The notes beneath the pieces were generated by a model. That model had not been told where the DNA came from. It made no database searches and saw only the letters and a list, made by a program, of their open reading frames with translations. DNA of 64,000 nucleotides, taken from positions 6,149 to 70,148 of the forward strand of contig DASWGI010000034.1 of the NCBI GenBank assembly GCA_036393835.1, read 5' to 3'. Source of the DNA: Myxococcales bacterium (GTDB taxonomy: Bacteria; Myxococcota; Myxococcia; Myxococcales; 40CM-4-68-19). Shown piece by piece: positions 43,496-53,603 of this stretch; position 1 is the stretch's first letter, and each line of letters begins with the position of its first letter. The translations under genes were made by a program, and so were the position numbers.

Positions 43496-44836
43496 ATGCA
43501 GCTCGCCGGGCGCAGGGCGCTGGTCGTCGGGCTGGGCAAGAGCGGCGTGGCCGCCGCGCGCCTGCTCGCGACCTACGGCGCCCGCGTCGCGGTCGCCGAC
43601 GACAAGGGCGCCGAGGCGCTGGCCGATTCGCTGCGGCAGCTCGAGGACGTCCCGCACGAGCGGCACCTGGCGGGGCTGCGCGAGGAGGCGTTCCGCGGGC
43701 GCGATCTGGTGGTGGTGAGCCCCGGGGTGCCGCTAGGGGCCCACCACCTCGCCGAAGCGCGTGCGCGCGGGGTGGAGGTGATCGGCGAGGTCGAGCTGGC
43801 GGCGCGGTTCGTCGAGGAGCCGATCGTCGGGATCACCGGCACCAACGGGAAGAGCACCACCACCGCCCTGACCGCGCACCTGCTCCGGGCCGCGGGCAAG
43901 AAGGTGTTCGCTGGCGGGAACCTGGGAGACGCGCTGTCCAACCGCGTCCTCTCGGGCGGGAAGCTGGACGCGACCGTCTGCGAGCTCTCGTCGTACCAGC
44001 TGGAAGGGATCGTCTCCTTGCGCTGCGCGGCGGGGGCCGCGCTGAACGTCACCCCGGACCACCTCGACCGCTACCCGTCGCTGGAGGCGTACGCCGCGGC
44101 GAAGGAGCGCATCTTCGAGAACCAGAAGCCCGGAGACGCGGCGGTGCTCAACCTCGCCGATCCACGCGTCGCGGCGATGCGCACGCCGGCGGGGGTCCGG
44201 CGGCGCGGATTCGATCCGCGGGGGCTGAACGCGGAGGCGGCGGGCTTCCTGCGCGCCAAGGCCGTGCTCGCCGTCGACGGCGCGGAGTACGACCTGCGCG
44301 CGCCCACGCTGCGCGGAGCTCACAATGCGGAGAACGCGCTGGCGGCGCTCCTCCTGGCGCGGCACCTGGGCGCGCCGCCGTGGGCCCTGCAGCAGGGTCT
44401 CGACACCTATCCCGGGCTGCCGCACCGGCTGGAGCCGGTCCGCACCCTCGACGGGGTCGAGTGGGTGAACGACTCCAAGGGCACCAACGTGGACAGCGTG
44501 GAGAAGTCCCTCTCCGCCTTCGACCGCGGCGTGCTGCTCATCATGGGAGGGCGGGGGAAGGGCGCGCCGTACCGCCCGCTGCGCGCGCTGTTCCCGGACC
44601 GCGTCCGCGCCCTGCTCACCATCGGGGAGGACGCGCCGCGCATCGCCGAGGAGCTGGGCGACCTGGTCCCCGTCACCGCCTGCGGCGACCTGCGCACCGC
44701 GGTCGCGCAGGCCCGCAAGCTCGCGCGCGCGGGCGACACGGTGCTTCTCTCGCCGGCCTGCGCCAGCTACGACCAGTTCCGCAACTTCGAGGACCGTGGC
44801 GATCAGTTCAAGGCGCTGGTGCGGGGGCTGTCATGA
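43496..44836 (+). CDS. murD: UDP-N-acetylmuramoylalanine--D-glutamate ligase
   Basis: ALVVGLGKSGVAAARLL, ITGTNGKSTTTAL, LPHRLE and NDSKGTN. Confidence 0.9.
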   Translation: MQLAGRRALVVGLGKSGVAAARLLATYGARVAVADDKGAEALADSLRQLEDVPHERHLAGLREEAFRGRDLVVVSPGVPLGAHHLAEARARGVEVIGEVELAARFVEEPIVGITGTNGKSTTTALTAHLLRAAGKKVFAGGNLGDALSNRVLSGGKLDATVCELSSYQLEGIVSLRCAAGAALNVTPDHLDRYPSLEAYAAAKERIFENQKPGDAAVLNLADPRVAAMRTPAGVRRRGFDPRGLNAEAAGFLRAKAVLAVDGAEYDLRAPTLRGAHNAENALAALLLARHLGAPPWALQQGLDTYPGLPHRLEPVRTLDGVEWVNDSKGTNVDSVEKSLSAFDRGVLLIMGGRGKGAPYRPLRALFPDRVRALLTIGEDAPRIAEELGDLVPVTACGDLRTAVAQARKLARAGDTVLLSPACASYDQFRNFEDRGDQFKALVRGLS

Positions 44837-46008
44837 GCGCCTCGGCGGCCATCCGCGTCTCCCACGCCCGCGACGCGCCGCGCGCGCTGAGCTACGACCC
44901 GGTGCTGCTCGGCGCGGTGTTGCTGCTCACCATGCTCGGCGTGGTGATGGTCTACAGCGCCTCCGCCGTCTACGCGGGAGCGCGGCTCGGCGACGGGCTC
45001 TGGTTCTTCAAGCGCCAGCTCGCCGGCGCGGCGCTGGGCCTGTTCGCGCTGGTCCTCGCCCTGCGCCTGGGCTACCGGCGCCTGGAGAAGCTCGCCACGC
45101 CACTGCTCTTGCTCTCGCTGCTCCTGCTCGTGCTCGTCCACGTGCCCGGCCTCGGCCGCGCGGCGGGCGGGGCGCGGCGCTGGCTGGCGGTGGGCCCGCT
45201 CCAGTTCCAGCCCAGCGAGCTGGTCAAGCTGGCCCTGGTGCTGTGGCTCGCGCGATCGCTGTCGCGCAAGCAGGACCGCATCCGGATCTTCTCCGCGGGC
45301 CTCCTGCCTCACCTCTTCGTGCTGGGGATCGTGGCCGCGCTGCTCCTCCTGGAGCCCGACTTCGGCACCACCATGGTGATCGGCTGCCTCACCTTCGCGC
45401 TCCTCTTCATCGCCGGCGCGCGGGTCGCCTACCTCGCCTCGGGAGCGGCGCTGGCCGCGCCGATCGCGGCCTTCCTGGTGTGGCACTCGCGCTACCGCCT
45501 GCAGCGCGTTCTCGCCTTCCTCGATCCCTGGGCCGACCCGCGCGGGTACGGCTACCAGGCGGTGGAATCGCTGCTCGCGTTCGGCGCCGGCGGGACCTGG
45601 GGCGTGGGCCTGGGCGGGAGCCACCAGAAGCTCTTCTTCCTCCCCGCCGCGCACACCGACTTCATCCTCAGCATCGTCGGCGAGGAGCTGGGCTTTCTGG
45701 GCGTGGCCGCCGTGCTGCTGCTCTTCGCGGTGCTGGTCTGGCGGGGCCTCAAGGCCGCGCAGGCGGCTCCCGACGCGTTCGGCTGCTATCTGGCGCTGGG
45801 CCTGACGCTGCTGCTCGCGCTGGAGGCGCTGGTCAACGCGGGCATGGCGCTGTCGCTGTTGCCCACCAAGGGCATGGCGCTGCCGTTCCTCTCCTACGGG
45901 ATGAGCAGCGCGGTGGCCTCGCTCCTCGCCGCGGGCGTCCTGCTGTCGGTGAGCGGCGGGGCGGGCGGGTTCCTCCGGCACGCGCGGCCGGGCGGGGGCG
46001 CGCGATGA
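44833..46008 (+). CDS. ftsW: peptidoglycan glycosyltransferase FtsW (SEDS family)
   Basis: ATGA overlap with murD. About 10 TM helices. FQPSELVKLAL, LLLLEPDFGT, PAAHTDFI and LPTKGMALPFLSYG. Confidence 0.9.
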   Translation: MSASAAIRVSHARDAPRALSYDPVLLGAVLLLTMLGVVMVYSASAVYAGARLGDGLWFFKRQLAGAALGLFALVLALRLGYRRLEKLATPLLLLSLLLLVLVHVPGLGRAAGGARRWLAVGPLQFQPSELVKLALVLWLARSLSRKQDRIRIFSAGLLPHLFVLGIVAALLLLEPDFGTTMVIGCLTFALLFIAGARVAYLASGAALAAPIAAFLVWHSRYRLQRVLAFLDPWADPRGYGYQAVESLLAFGAGGTWGVGLGGSHQKLFFLPAAHTDFILSIVGEELGFLGVAAVLLLFAVLVWRGLKAAQAAPDAFGCYLALGLTLLLALEALVNAGMALSLLPTKGMALPFLSYGMSSAVASLLAAGVLLSVSGGAGGFLRHARPGGGAR

Positions 46009-47177
46009 GGATGCTGATCGCCGGCGGCGGCACGGGCGGCCACCTCTTCCCCGGGCTCGCGCTCGCGGAGGAGGTGAAGACGCGCCACCCGCGCAACGAC
46101 GTGCTCTTCGTGGGCACGCCCCGCGGCCTCGAGACCCGCATCGTGCCCAGGAACGGCTTCCCGCTCGAGCTGGTCGACGTCGGGCCGCTCAAGCGGCAGG
46201 GCGCGCTCGGGACTTTGCGGGGCCTGGGGCGGGTCCCGCGCGCGCTGTGGCAATCGCGCCGGATCCTCAGGAAATTCGACCCGGACGTGGTGGTGGGCGT
46301 GGGCGGGTACGCCAGCGGCCCGGTGGTGATGGCAGCGTGGATGATGCGCATCCCCACCGCCGTGCAGGAGCAGAACGCCTTGCCCGGGTTCACCAACCGG
46401 ACCCTGGGCCGGTTCGCGCGGGCCTGCTTCATCGCCTTCGACGAGGCGCGGGCCGGGTTCCCGCCCGGCCGGACGCACCTCCTGGGCAATCCCATCCGGC
46501 GCGCGTTTCTGGACAACTACCTGCACTCGAAGGAGCCTTCCGGGCAGCGCCTGTCGATCCTGGTCACCGGCGGGTCGCAGGGTGCGCACGTCTTGAACCT
46601 CCGCCTGGCGGAGGCGCTCGAAGAGCTCGCGCCCGAGCTGGGCCAGAGGCTGCGCGTCGTGCACCAGACCGGGGAGAAGGACCTGCAGGAGATCGTTCGA
46701 AGGTACCAGGCGCTGGGGGAGAGCGGCGTGGACGCGCAGGCGACGGCCTTCATCGACGACATGGCCAACGCCTACGCGCAGGCCGACCTCCTCGTCTGCC
46801 GCGCCGGCGCGACCACCATCGCCGAGCTGACCGTCTGCAAGAAGCCGGCGATCCTGGTCCCCTTCCCCTACGCGGCTGACGACCACCAGACGGTCAACGC
46901 GCGCAGCATGGTGAGGAACGGAGCGGCGATCCTCCTGCCGGAGCGCGACCTGACCGGGCAGAAGCTGGCCGGCGAGCTGCGCGCGCTGGAGGCCGACCGC
47001 GAGCGCCTGCGCCGGATGGCCCGGCAGAGCGGCCTGTTGGGCCGGCCGGAGGCCGCCCGCGAGATCGCCGAGGTCTGCGTCTCGCTGTGCTCGCGCAGGC
47101 TGGTCCGCGAAGGGCGCCACCTTCCCGCGCAGCCCGCGCCAGGGGCGCTGCCGCCCAGGGGTGGAGATCACACGTGA
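46005..47177 (+). CDS. murG: undecaprenyldiphospho-muramoylpentapeptide beta-N-acetylglucosaminyltransferase
   Basis: ATGA overlap with ftsW. IAGGGTGGHLFPGLA, GGYASGP, VTGGSQGA and RAGATTIAEL. Confidence 0.9.
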   Translation: MRMLIAGGGTGGHLFPGLALAEEVKTRHPRNDVLFVGTPRGLETRIVPRNGFPLELVDVGPLKRQGALGTLRGLGRVPRALWQSRRILRKFDPDVVVGVGGYASGPVVMAAWMMRIPTAVQEQNALPGFTNRTLGRFARACFIAFDEARAGFPPGRTHLLGNPIRRAFLDNYLHSKEPSGQRLSILVTGGSQGAHVLNLRLAEALEELAPELGQRLRVVHQTGEKDLQEIVRRYQALGESGVDAQATAFIDDMANAYAQADLLVCRAGATTIAELTVCKKPAILVPFPYAADDHQTVNARSMVRNGAAILLPERDLTGQKLAGELRALEADRERLRRMARQSGLLGRPEAAREIAEVCVSLCSRRLVREGRHLPAQPAPGALPPRGGDHT

Positions 47178-47207
47178 ACACACCCCGGATCCATTCAGGC
47201 CTCGGTA

Positions 47208-47237
47208 TTGATTATCGTGGATCGAATCGCGTATATT
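47208..47237 (+). promoter_or_regulatory. internal dcw promoter candidate TTGATT-N18-TATATT between murG and murC
   Basis: This is the only sizeable gap (73 nt) in the cluster and it is locally AT-rich. TTGATT at 47208-47213 and TATATT at 47232-47237. The spacer contains GTGGATCGAA (47217-47226), identical to the first mraZ-proximal box. Confidence 0.4.
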
Positions 47238-47250
47238 CCCGCGAAGGAAG

Positions 47251-48654
47251 GTGAGGAGGGTGTTCCGCAACAAGAAGGTGAAGGTCCACTTCGTCGGGAT
47301 CGGAGGCATCGGGATGAGCGGCATCGCGGAGCTCCTCCTGAACCTGGGATACGGCGTGAGCGGATCGGACCTCAAGGAGAGCGAGATCACCCGCCGCCTG
47401 GGTTCGCTGGGCGGCAAGGTGGTGCTCGGCCACCGGGCCGAGAACGTTGGCCCCGACGTCGACGTGGTGGTGACCTCCAGCGCGGTGCGCCGTTCCAGCA
47501 ACCCCGAGGCGCTGGCCGCCCGCGCCCGCGGCATCCCGGTGATCCGAAGGGCGGAGATGCTCGCTGAGCTGATGCGCCTCAAGGACGCGGTGGCCATCGC
47601 CGGATCGCACGGCAAGACCACCACTACCAGCCTGATCGCCACCGTGCTCGAGCACGCCGGCCTGCAGCCCACCGCGGTGGTGGGCGGCAAGCTCAACGCG
47701 TTCGGGTCCAATGCCCGCCTGGGCAAGGGCGAATGGATCGTGGTCGAGGCGGACGAGTCGGACGGCTCCTTCCTCCACCTGACGCCCACCATCGCGGTGG
47801 TCACCAACGTCGACCCCGAGCACCTCGACCACTACGGCACGGCGGAGGCGCTGCAGCAGGCCTTCATCGACTTCGCCGACCGGGTGCCGTTCTACGGCCT
47901 GGTGGTGCTCTGCCTCGACCACCCGACGGTGCAGCACCTGATCCCGCGGCTCTCCAAGCGCCACGTCACCTACGGCATCTCGCCGCAGTCCGACTGGCGG
48001 GCCGACGAGGTGAAGCTCTCCGCCTTCAGCGCCCGCTTCGCGGTGTGGCACCGGGGGAAGCGGCTGGGCGAGGTCGCGCTCAAGATGGTGGGCGCGCACA
48101 ACGTGCTCAACGCGCTGGCCGCCTGCGCGGTCGCGCACGAGCTGGGCATCCCGTTCGAGCGCACCGCCGAAGCGCTGGGCGAGTTCGCCGGCGTGCAGCG
48201 CCGCTTCACCGTGAGAGGCGAGGCGAACGGCATCCTGGTGGTCGACGACTACGGGCATCATCCGGCGGAGATCCGGGCGACCCTTGCGGGAGCGCGGGCG
48301 TCCTTCCCGCAGCGGCGGATCGTCTGCGCCTTCCAGCCGCACCGGTACACGCGCACGCGAGATCTCATGGGCGACTTCGCCACCGCCTTCAACGACGCCG
48401 ACGTGCTGGTGCTGGGCGAGATCTACGCCGCCAGCGAGGAGCCCATCCCGGGAGTGTCTGGCCAGAAGCTGTACGAGGCGGTGCGGGCCTGCGGGCACCG
48501 CGACGCGACGTTCGTGCCGGAGCGCGCGGCGCTGGCAAAGGCGCTGCACAGCCGGGTGCGGACCGGCGACCTGGTCCTCACCCTCGGCGCCGGCGACGTC
48601 ACGCACGTCGGCGAGGAGCTGCTCGCGCTCCTCGGCGGCGGAGGGCGCGCATGA
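47251..48654 (+). CDS. murC: UDP-N-acetylmuramate--L-alanine ligase
   Basis: [30 protein letters not shown] and [10 protein letters not shown]. The start is GTG 47251 or GTG 47260. Confidence 0.9.
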   Translation: MRRVFRNKKVKVHFVGIGGIGMSGIAELLLNLGYGVSGSDLKESEITRRLGSLGGKVVLGHRAENVGPDVDVVVTSSAVRRSSNPEALAARARGIPVIRRAEMLAELMRLKDAVAIAGSHGKTTTTSLIATVLEHAGLQPTAVVGGKLNAFGSNARLGKGEWIVVEADESDGSFLHLTPTIAVVTNVDPEHLDHYGTAEALQQAFIDFADRVPFYGLVVLCLDHPTVQHLIPRLSKRHVTYGISPQSDWRADEVKLSAFSARFAVWHRGKRLGEVALKMVGAHNVLNALAACAVAHELGIPFERTAEALGEFAGVQRRFTVRGEANGILVVDDYGHHPAEIRATLAGARASFPQRRIVCAFQPHRYTRTRDLMGDFATAFNDADVLVLGEIYAASEEPIPGVSGQKLYEAVRACGHRDATFVPERAALAKALHSRVRTGDLVLTLGAGDVTHVGEELLALLGGGGRA

Positions 48655-49637
48655 TCGAGCTGGTCTCCGCCCTCAAGCGCGCCTCGCGCGGCGAGGTGCT
48701 GCGCGACGTCCCGCTCGCGCCGCGCACCAGCGTGCGCGTGGGCGGTCCCGCGCAGCTGTGGGTGCGGCCGCGCGATCCCGAGGCGCTGGTGGCGGTGCTC
48801 GGGGTGCTGTGCGACGCGGGCGTCCCCTGGTTCGCGCTGGGCGGAGGGGCGAACACCGTGGTCGGCGACAGCGGGGTGGAGGGCGCGGTGCTGAAGCTCG
48901 CTCCCGACTTCGCCGCCGAGCAGGTCGAGGAGGGCGGCGATCACGCGCTCCTCACGCTCGGCGCCGGCGCGCCGATCGCCCGCTTCGTCTCGCTGGCGCG
49001 CGAGCAGCGGGGCGTGGGCGTCGCCTGGGCGGCCGGCATCCCCGGCACGGTGGGCGGGATGGTGACCATGAACGCCGGCACGGCGACGGGCGCCGCGGCC
49101 GACCACCTGGAGGCGGTCGAGATCGCCACGCCGGACGGGCTGCGCTGGGTCCCGGTGGCGGAGCTGCGCCTCTCCTACCGCCGCTGCGAGCTGCCTGAAG
49201 GAGCGGTGCTCACGCGCGCTCGCTGCCGGGTGCGCCGCGGGGGCGGGCCGGAGGTGCAGGAGGACGCGCGCGCGGCCAAGGCGGACGTGGAGCGCCGGCG
49301 CGCCACGCAGCCGCTCGCGATGCCCAACTCCGGCTCGGTGTTCGTCAATCCGCGAGGCGACTTCGCGGGCCGCCTGATCGAGCAGGCCGGGTTGAAGGGG
49401 GAGCGGCGCGGCGGCGCGCAGATCAGCGACAAGCACGCCAACTTCATCGTCAACCTCGGCGAGGCGACCGCGGCCGACGTGATCGAGCTGATCGCGCTCG
49501 CCCGCGGCACCGTGCTGGCCCGGACGGGGATCGAGCTGCAGCCCGAGGTCCGGCTGGTGGGCACCTTCCGGCCGCCCTTGCCTCCCGAGCTGGAGCCCCA
49601 CCACTTCGTTCCCGTGCTGCGCAGGAGGTCCGCATGA
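48651..49637 (+). CDS. murB: UDP-N-acetylenolpyruvoylglucosamine reductase
   Basis: ATGA overlap with mur[34 protein letters not shown] and [11 protein letters not shown]. Confidence 0.9.
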   Translation: MIELVSALKRASRGEVLRDVPLAPRTSVRVGGPAQLWVRPRDPEALVAVLGVLCDAGVPWFALGGGANTVVGDSGVEGAVLKLAPDFAAEQVEEGGDHALLTLGAGAPIARFVSLAREQRGVGVAWAAGIPGTVGGMVTMNAGTATGAAADHLEAVEIATPDGLRWVPVAELRLSYRRCELPEGAVLTRARCRVRRGGGPEVQEDARAAKADVERRRATQPLAMPNSGSVFVNPRGDFAGRLIEQAGLKGERRGGAQISDKHANFIVNLGEATAADVIELIALARGTVLARTGIELQPEVRLVGTFRPPLPPELEPHHFVPVLRRRSA

Positions 49638-50488
49638 CCGAGCCGGCCTGGGTTCGCCTGCCGTTCCGCCCGGAGCGCGCCGCCGCGGCGCGGCGGACCT
49701 CCCCCTCGCGCGGGTCCGGGGCGCGAAGCGCGGCGGCGGCGCTGGGCCGCACCGCCCTCGCCATGCTGCTCTCGGCCGCGCTGTCCGTCGGGGCGTGGCA
49801 GGCACTGCGCTGGTCCACCACCACGCCGCTCTTCTCGGTGCGCGAGGTGCGCTTCTCCGGCCTGTCCCACGCGGCCGAGGCGGACCTGTTGGCCCGCAGC
49901 GGGCTGCGGCTGGGGGCGAATCTGATGGCGGTCGACCTCGCCGCCGTGGCCCGGGCGATGGAATCGCATCCGTGGGTCGTCTCGGCGCGCCTCTCCCGCA
50001 GCTTGCCGGGGACCGTGCTGGCCGAAGTCGCCGAGCACCGCGCGGCCGCGCAGGTGCAGCTCGGCGGCCTCTACCTGCTCGACGACGAAGGCCGCGTGTT
50101 CAAGCGGGCCGGGCCCGAGGACGGGGTCGATCTGCCGCTCGTGACCGGGCTCTCCCGCGACGCGTGGTTGCGCGATCGCGGCGCCGCGCAGCTGCGGCTG
50201 TACTCGGCGCTGCGCCTGCTCGAGGCGTGGCGCGCCGAGGGTCTGCCCGGGGCGTCGCTTTCGGAGGCGCGGCTGGAGGAGGACGGAGGGTTCACCGCGT
50301 TCGCCCGGGAACCGGCCGGGCTGCAGGAGGTGCGCCTCGGAGCGAACGATCTGCCGCTGCAGCTGCACCGGCTCTCGCAGCTCCGGGCGGCGCTCGCCCG
50401 CCGCGGCGAGCACGCGGCGCGCATCGATCTGGACAGCCAGGCGCGGCCCGAGTGGGTATCCGCGCAGCTTGTGCCGACCGTACGCTGA
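49634..50488 (+). CDS. ftsQ: cell division protein FtsQ (POTRA + FtsQ domain)
   Basis: ATGA overlap with murB. TM helix LAMLLSAALSVGAW. POTRA-like VREVRFSGLSHAAEADLL...G.NLMAVDL.AV...ESHPWV..A.L.R.LP.T. Confidence 0.85.
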   Translation: MTEPAWVRLPFRPERAAAARRTSPSRGSGARSAAAALGRTALAMLLSAALSVGAWQALRWSTTTPLFSVREVRFSGLSHAAEADLLARSGLRLGANLMAVDLAAVARAMESHPWVVSARLSRSLPGTVLAEVAEHRAAAQVQLGGLYLLDDEGRVFKRAGPEDGVDLPLVTGLSRDAWLRDRGAAQLRLYSALRLLEAWRAEGLPGASLSEARLEEDGGFTAFAREPAGLQEVRLGANDLPLQLHRLSQLRAALARRGEHAARIDLDSQARPEWVSAQLVPTVR

Positions 50489-50501
50489 GGAGGGGAATTC
50501 C

Positions 50502-51722
50502 ATGGCGCAGAAGAAGGGCGAGCTGATCGTCGGGCTGGACATCGGCACCACGAAGATCTGCTGCATCGTGGGCGAGGTCGGGCCGGAAGGAATCGACGTC
50601 ATCGGCATCGGCACGCACCCCTCGCGGGGCCTGCGCAAGGGCGTGGTGATCAACATCGAGGCGACGGTGTCCTCCATCCGCCGCGCGGTCGAGGAAGCGG
50701 AGCTGATGGCCGGATGCGCGATCGCGTCGGTGTACGCCGGCATCGCGGGCGGCCACATCCGCGGCTTCAACTCGCAGGGCGTGGTGGCGGTGAAGGACAA
50801 GGAAGTGAAGCAGGGCGACATCGCGCGCGTCCTCGACGCCGCTCGCGCCATCAACATCCCGCAGGACCGCGAGATCCTCCACGTCCTCCCCCAGGACTAC
50901 ATCATCGACGAGCAGGACGGCATCAAGGAGCCCTTGGGGATGAGCGGCGTGCGCCTGGAGGCGAAGGTGCACATCGTCACCGCCGCCGTCTCCAGCGCGC
51001 AGAACATCGTCAAGTGCTGCGCCAGGGCGGGCCTGCAGGTCTCCGACATCGTGCTCGAGTCGCTCGCCAGCGCCGAGGCGGTGCTGGCCGAGGAGGAGAA
51101 GGAGCTGGGCGTCGCGCTGGTGGACGTGGGCGGCGGGACCACCGACGTTGCGATCTTCTCGGGCGGGGCCATCCAGCACACCAGCGTCATCCCGCTGGGC
51201 GGGAACCACCTCACCAACGACATCGCGGTCGGCCTGCGGACGCCGATGAACGAGGCGGAACGCATCAAGGTCAAGTACGGCAGCGCGCAAGCCGCGCTCC
51301 TGGACAAGGACGAGACCATCGAGGTGCCCAGCGTGGGCGGCCGCGCGCCGCGCGTGCTGGCGCGCCGCATCCTCTGCGAGATCGTCGAGCCGCGCGTGGA
51401 GGAGCTGTTCCAGCTCGTGCACCGCGAGGTGCAGAAGGCGGGCCAGGAGGACCTGCTCGCCTCGGGCGTGGTGCTGACCGGAGGCTCGACGCTCTTGCAC
51501 GGCATGCCCGAGCTGGCCGAGGAGGTCCTGGGGCTGCCGGTGCGGCGCGGGTTGCCGCGCAACATCGGCGGCCTCACCGACGTGGTGAAGAGCCCGCAGC
51601 ACGCCACGGCGGTGGGCCTGCTCCACTACGCGGCCAAGCAGGGGATGGAAGGTCGGGTGTTCGCCGGCGACTCGTCGTCGCTGCGCGAGCGATTCCTGGG
51701 TTGGGTGAAGGAGCTGTTCTGA
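50502..51722 (+). CDS. ftsA: cell division protein FtsA
   Basis: ATG 50502 after GAGGAGGGG is preferred to the track start 50469. VGLDIGTTKICCIVGE, VDVGGGTTDVAIF and VLTGGSTLL. The C-terminal amphipathic helix is LGWVKELF. Confidence 0.95.
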   Translation: MAQKKGELIVGLDIGTTKICCIVGEVGPEGIDVIGIGTHPSRGLRKGVVINIEATVSSIRRAVEEAELMAGCAIASVYAGIAGGHIRGFNSQGVVAVKDKEVKQGDIARVLDAARAINIPQDREILHVLPQDYIIDEQDGIKEPLGMSGVRLEAKVHIVTAAVSSAQNIVKCCARAGLQVSDIVLESLASAEAVLAEEEKELGVALVDVGGGTTDVAIFSGGAIQHTSVIPLGGNHLTNDIAVGLRTPMNEAERIKVKYGSAQAALLDKDETIEVPSVGGRAPRVLARRILCEIVEPRVEELFQLVHREVQKAGQEDLLASGVVLTGGSTLLHGMPELAEEVLGLPVRRGLPRNIGGLTDVVKSPQHATAVGLLHYAAKQGMEGRVFAGDSSSLRERFLGWVKELF

Positions 51723-51734
51723 ACCGGAGGGGTC

Positions 51735-52952
51735 ATGGACGAGTTCGAGACTGAGCTGGGCGCGAAGATCAAGGTGATCGGGGTCGGCGGCGGCGGCGGC
51801 AACGCCCTGAACACGATGATCCTCGCCGGGCTCACCGGGGTGGACTTCATCGCCGCGAACACCGATTGCCAGGCCCTGCAGAACAACCGCGGGCACACCA
51901 AGATCCAGCTGGGCGCGCAGGTCACCAAGGGGCTGGGCGCCGGCGCCAATCCGGAGATCGGGCGGCAGGCGGCGCTCGAGGACAAGGCGCGCATCCTGGC
52001 CGCGCTGGAGGGCGCGGACATGGTCTTCGTCACCGCGGGGATGGGCGGCGGCACCGGGACGGGCGGCGCGCCGGTGATCGCCGACCTGGCGCGCAGCGTG
52101 GGCGCGCTGACCGTCGGCGTGGTCACCAAGCCGTTCCTCTTCGAGGGCAAGCGGCGCCTCAAGCAGGCGGAGAGCGGCCTGGCCGAGCTGAAGAACGCGG
52201 TCGACACGCTGATCACCATCCCCAACCAGCGGCTGCTCGCCATCGCCGACGAGAAGACCACGCTGCTCGACACCTTCAAGAAGGCCGACGAGGTGCTGCT
52301 CAACGCGGTGCAGGGCATCTCCGACCTGATCACCATCCCCGGCCTCATCAACGTCGACTTCGCCGACGTGCGGACGATCATGAGCAGCATGGGCGTGGCG
52401 CTGATGGGCACGGGGACGGCGTCGGGCGAGGGACGGGCGCTGGCTGCCGCGCGACAGGCGGTGGAGAGCCCGCTGCTCGAGGACGTGCAGATCGACGGCG
52501 CGACCGGCATCCTCATCAACATCACCGGCGGGCCGGACATGACGCTGGTCGAGGTGAACCAGGCCTGCAGCCTCATCCAGGAGGCGGCGCACGAGGACGC
52601 GAACATCATCTTCGGCAGCGTCATCTCCGACGAGATGGGCGACAGGCTGAAGATCACCGTCATCGCCACCGGGTTCAACCACCGCGACACCCGCCGCATC
52701 GAGCGCAACGACGCCACGCGCGCCCTGCGGACCGCCACTCCTGCCGTCGAGCACGGCGCGCATCGCTCGCCGGCCCGCCCGGCCGAGGCGCCTCGCGCGA
52801 CTCCGACCCCGCGCGCGGCGACGCCTCCTCCTCCTCAGCGCCCCGCCGGCGACCGCCCGGTCCGCAAGCTCTCCTGGGACGAGCTCCGCCAGCTCACCGG
52901 CGCCAGCGAGGACGAATTGGACATCCCCACCTTCCTCCGCCACAACGACTAG
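51735..52952 (+). CDS. ftsZ: cell division GTPase FtsZ
   Basis: [41 protein letters not shown] and NVDFADV. C-terminal conserved peptide [10 protein letters not shown]. Confidence 0.97.
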   Translation: MDEFETELGAKIKVIGVGGGGGNALNTMILAGLTGVDFIAANTDCQALQNNRGHTKIQLGAQVTKGLGAGANPEIGRQAALEDKARILAALEGADMVFVTAGMGGGTGTGGAPVIADLARSVGALTVGVVTKPFLFEGKRRLKQAESGLAELKNAVDTLITIPNQRLLAIADEKTTLLDTFKKADEVLLNAVQGISDLITIPGLINVDFADVRTIMSSMGVALMGTGTASGEGRALAAARQAVESPLLEDVQIDGATGILINITGGPDMTLVEVNQACSLIQEAAHEDANIIFGSVISDEMGDRLKITVIATGFNHRDTRRIERNDATRALRTATPAVEHGAHRSPARPAEAPRATPTPRAATPPPPQRPAGDRPVRKLSWDELRQLTGASEDELDIPTFLRHND

Positions 52953-53083
52953 CCCAAAAGATCAACGCGGAGGCGCAGAGGCGCGGAGATCCGATTTGCT
53001 TACTCGACCGGGCACCCGCGTCCGCTCGCGAAAACCTGACAATCTCCGCGCCTCCGCGTTCGGCTTTGAAGGCTGGAGAGGCG

Positions 53084-53479
53084 TCAGTCGCGGGAGCGGC
53101 CGGAGAGGAAGGCGCCGGCGCGGGCGGTGAGCTGGGCGGTGCGGGCCAGCTGGGCGTCGAGGCGGGCGAACACGTCCTCGGCCCGATCGTGCAGCGCCAC
53201 GTCGCGGCCCTCGCCGAGGCGGGCGAAGAGATCGACCAGCTTCTGCAGCGTCTGGTGCTCGCGCAAGAGCTCGCGCGCGGCGCGGCTGCCCTTCTGCGTG
53301 AAGACGAGCCCGCTCGCGAACAGCCGCGTGAGCGCGGCGCGGTTCCCGTCCATCACCGAGCGCACCCTTCGCTCGGCCAGCTCGCGCCGCCGCTCCTCGC
53401 GGACCGACGAGAGATCCACCACGGTGGCCCGCGACCGCCGCCGTCTCCCGCTCCGCGCATGCCGCATCGCCTTGGCCAT
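53084..53479 (-). CDS. hypothetical small helical basic protein
   Basis: ORF 53084..53506; ATG 53479 after GGGAAGGGG is preferred. Convergent with ftsZ. No family recognised. Confidence 0.45.
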   Translation of the reverse strand: MAKAMRHARSGRRRRSRATVVDLSSVREERRRELAERRVRSVMDGNRAALTRLFASGLVFTQKGSRAARELLREHQTLQKLVDLFARLGEGRDVALHDRAEDVFARLDAQLARTAQLTARAGAFLSGRSRD

Positions 53480-53603
53480 CCCCTTCCCGTGGAACGGAAC
53501 GCGCACAGGTTAGACGCGCACGCAGTGCCCGGTCAACGTGAGCGGCGCGCGCTCGGCTGGAGTATGCTGCGCCGCCTTTCCGCGCCGCCGGAGGCAACCC
53601 GAC

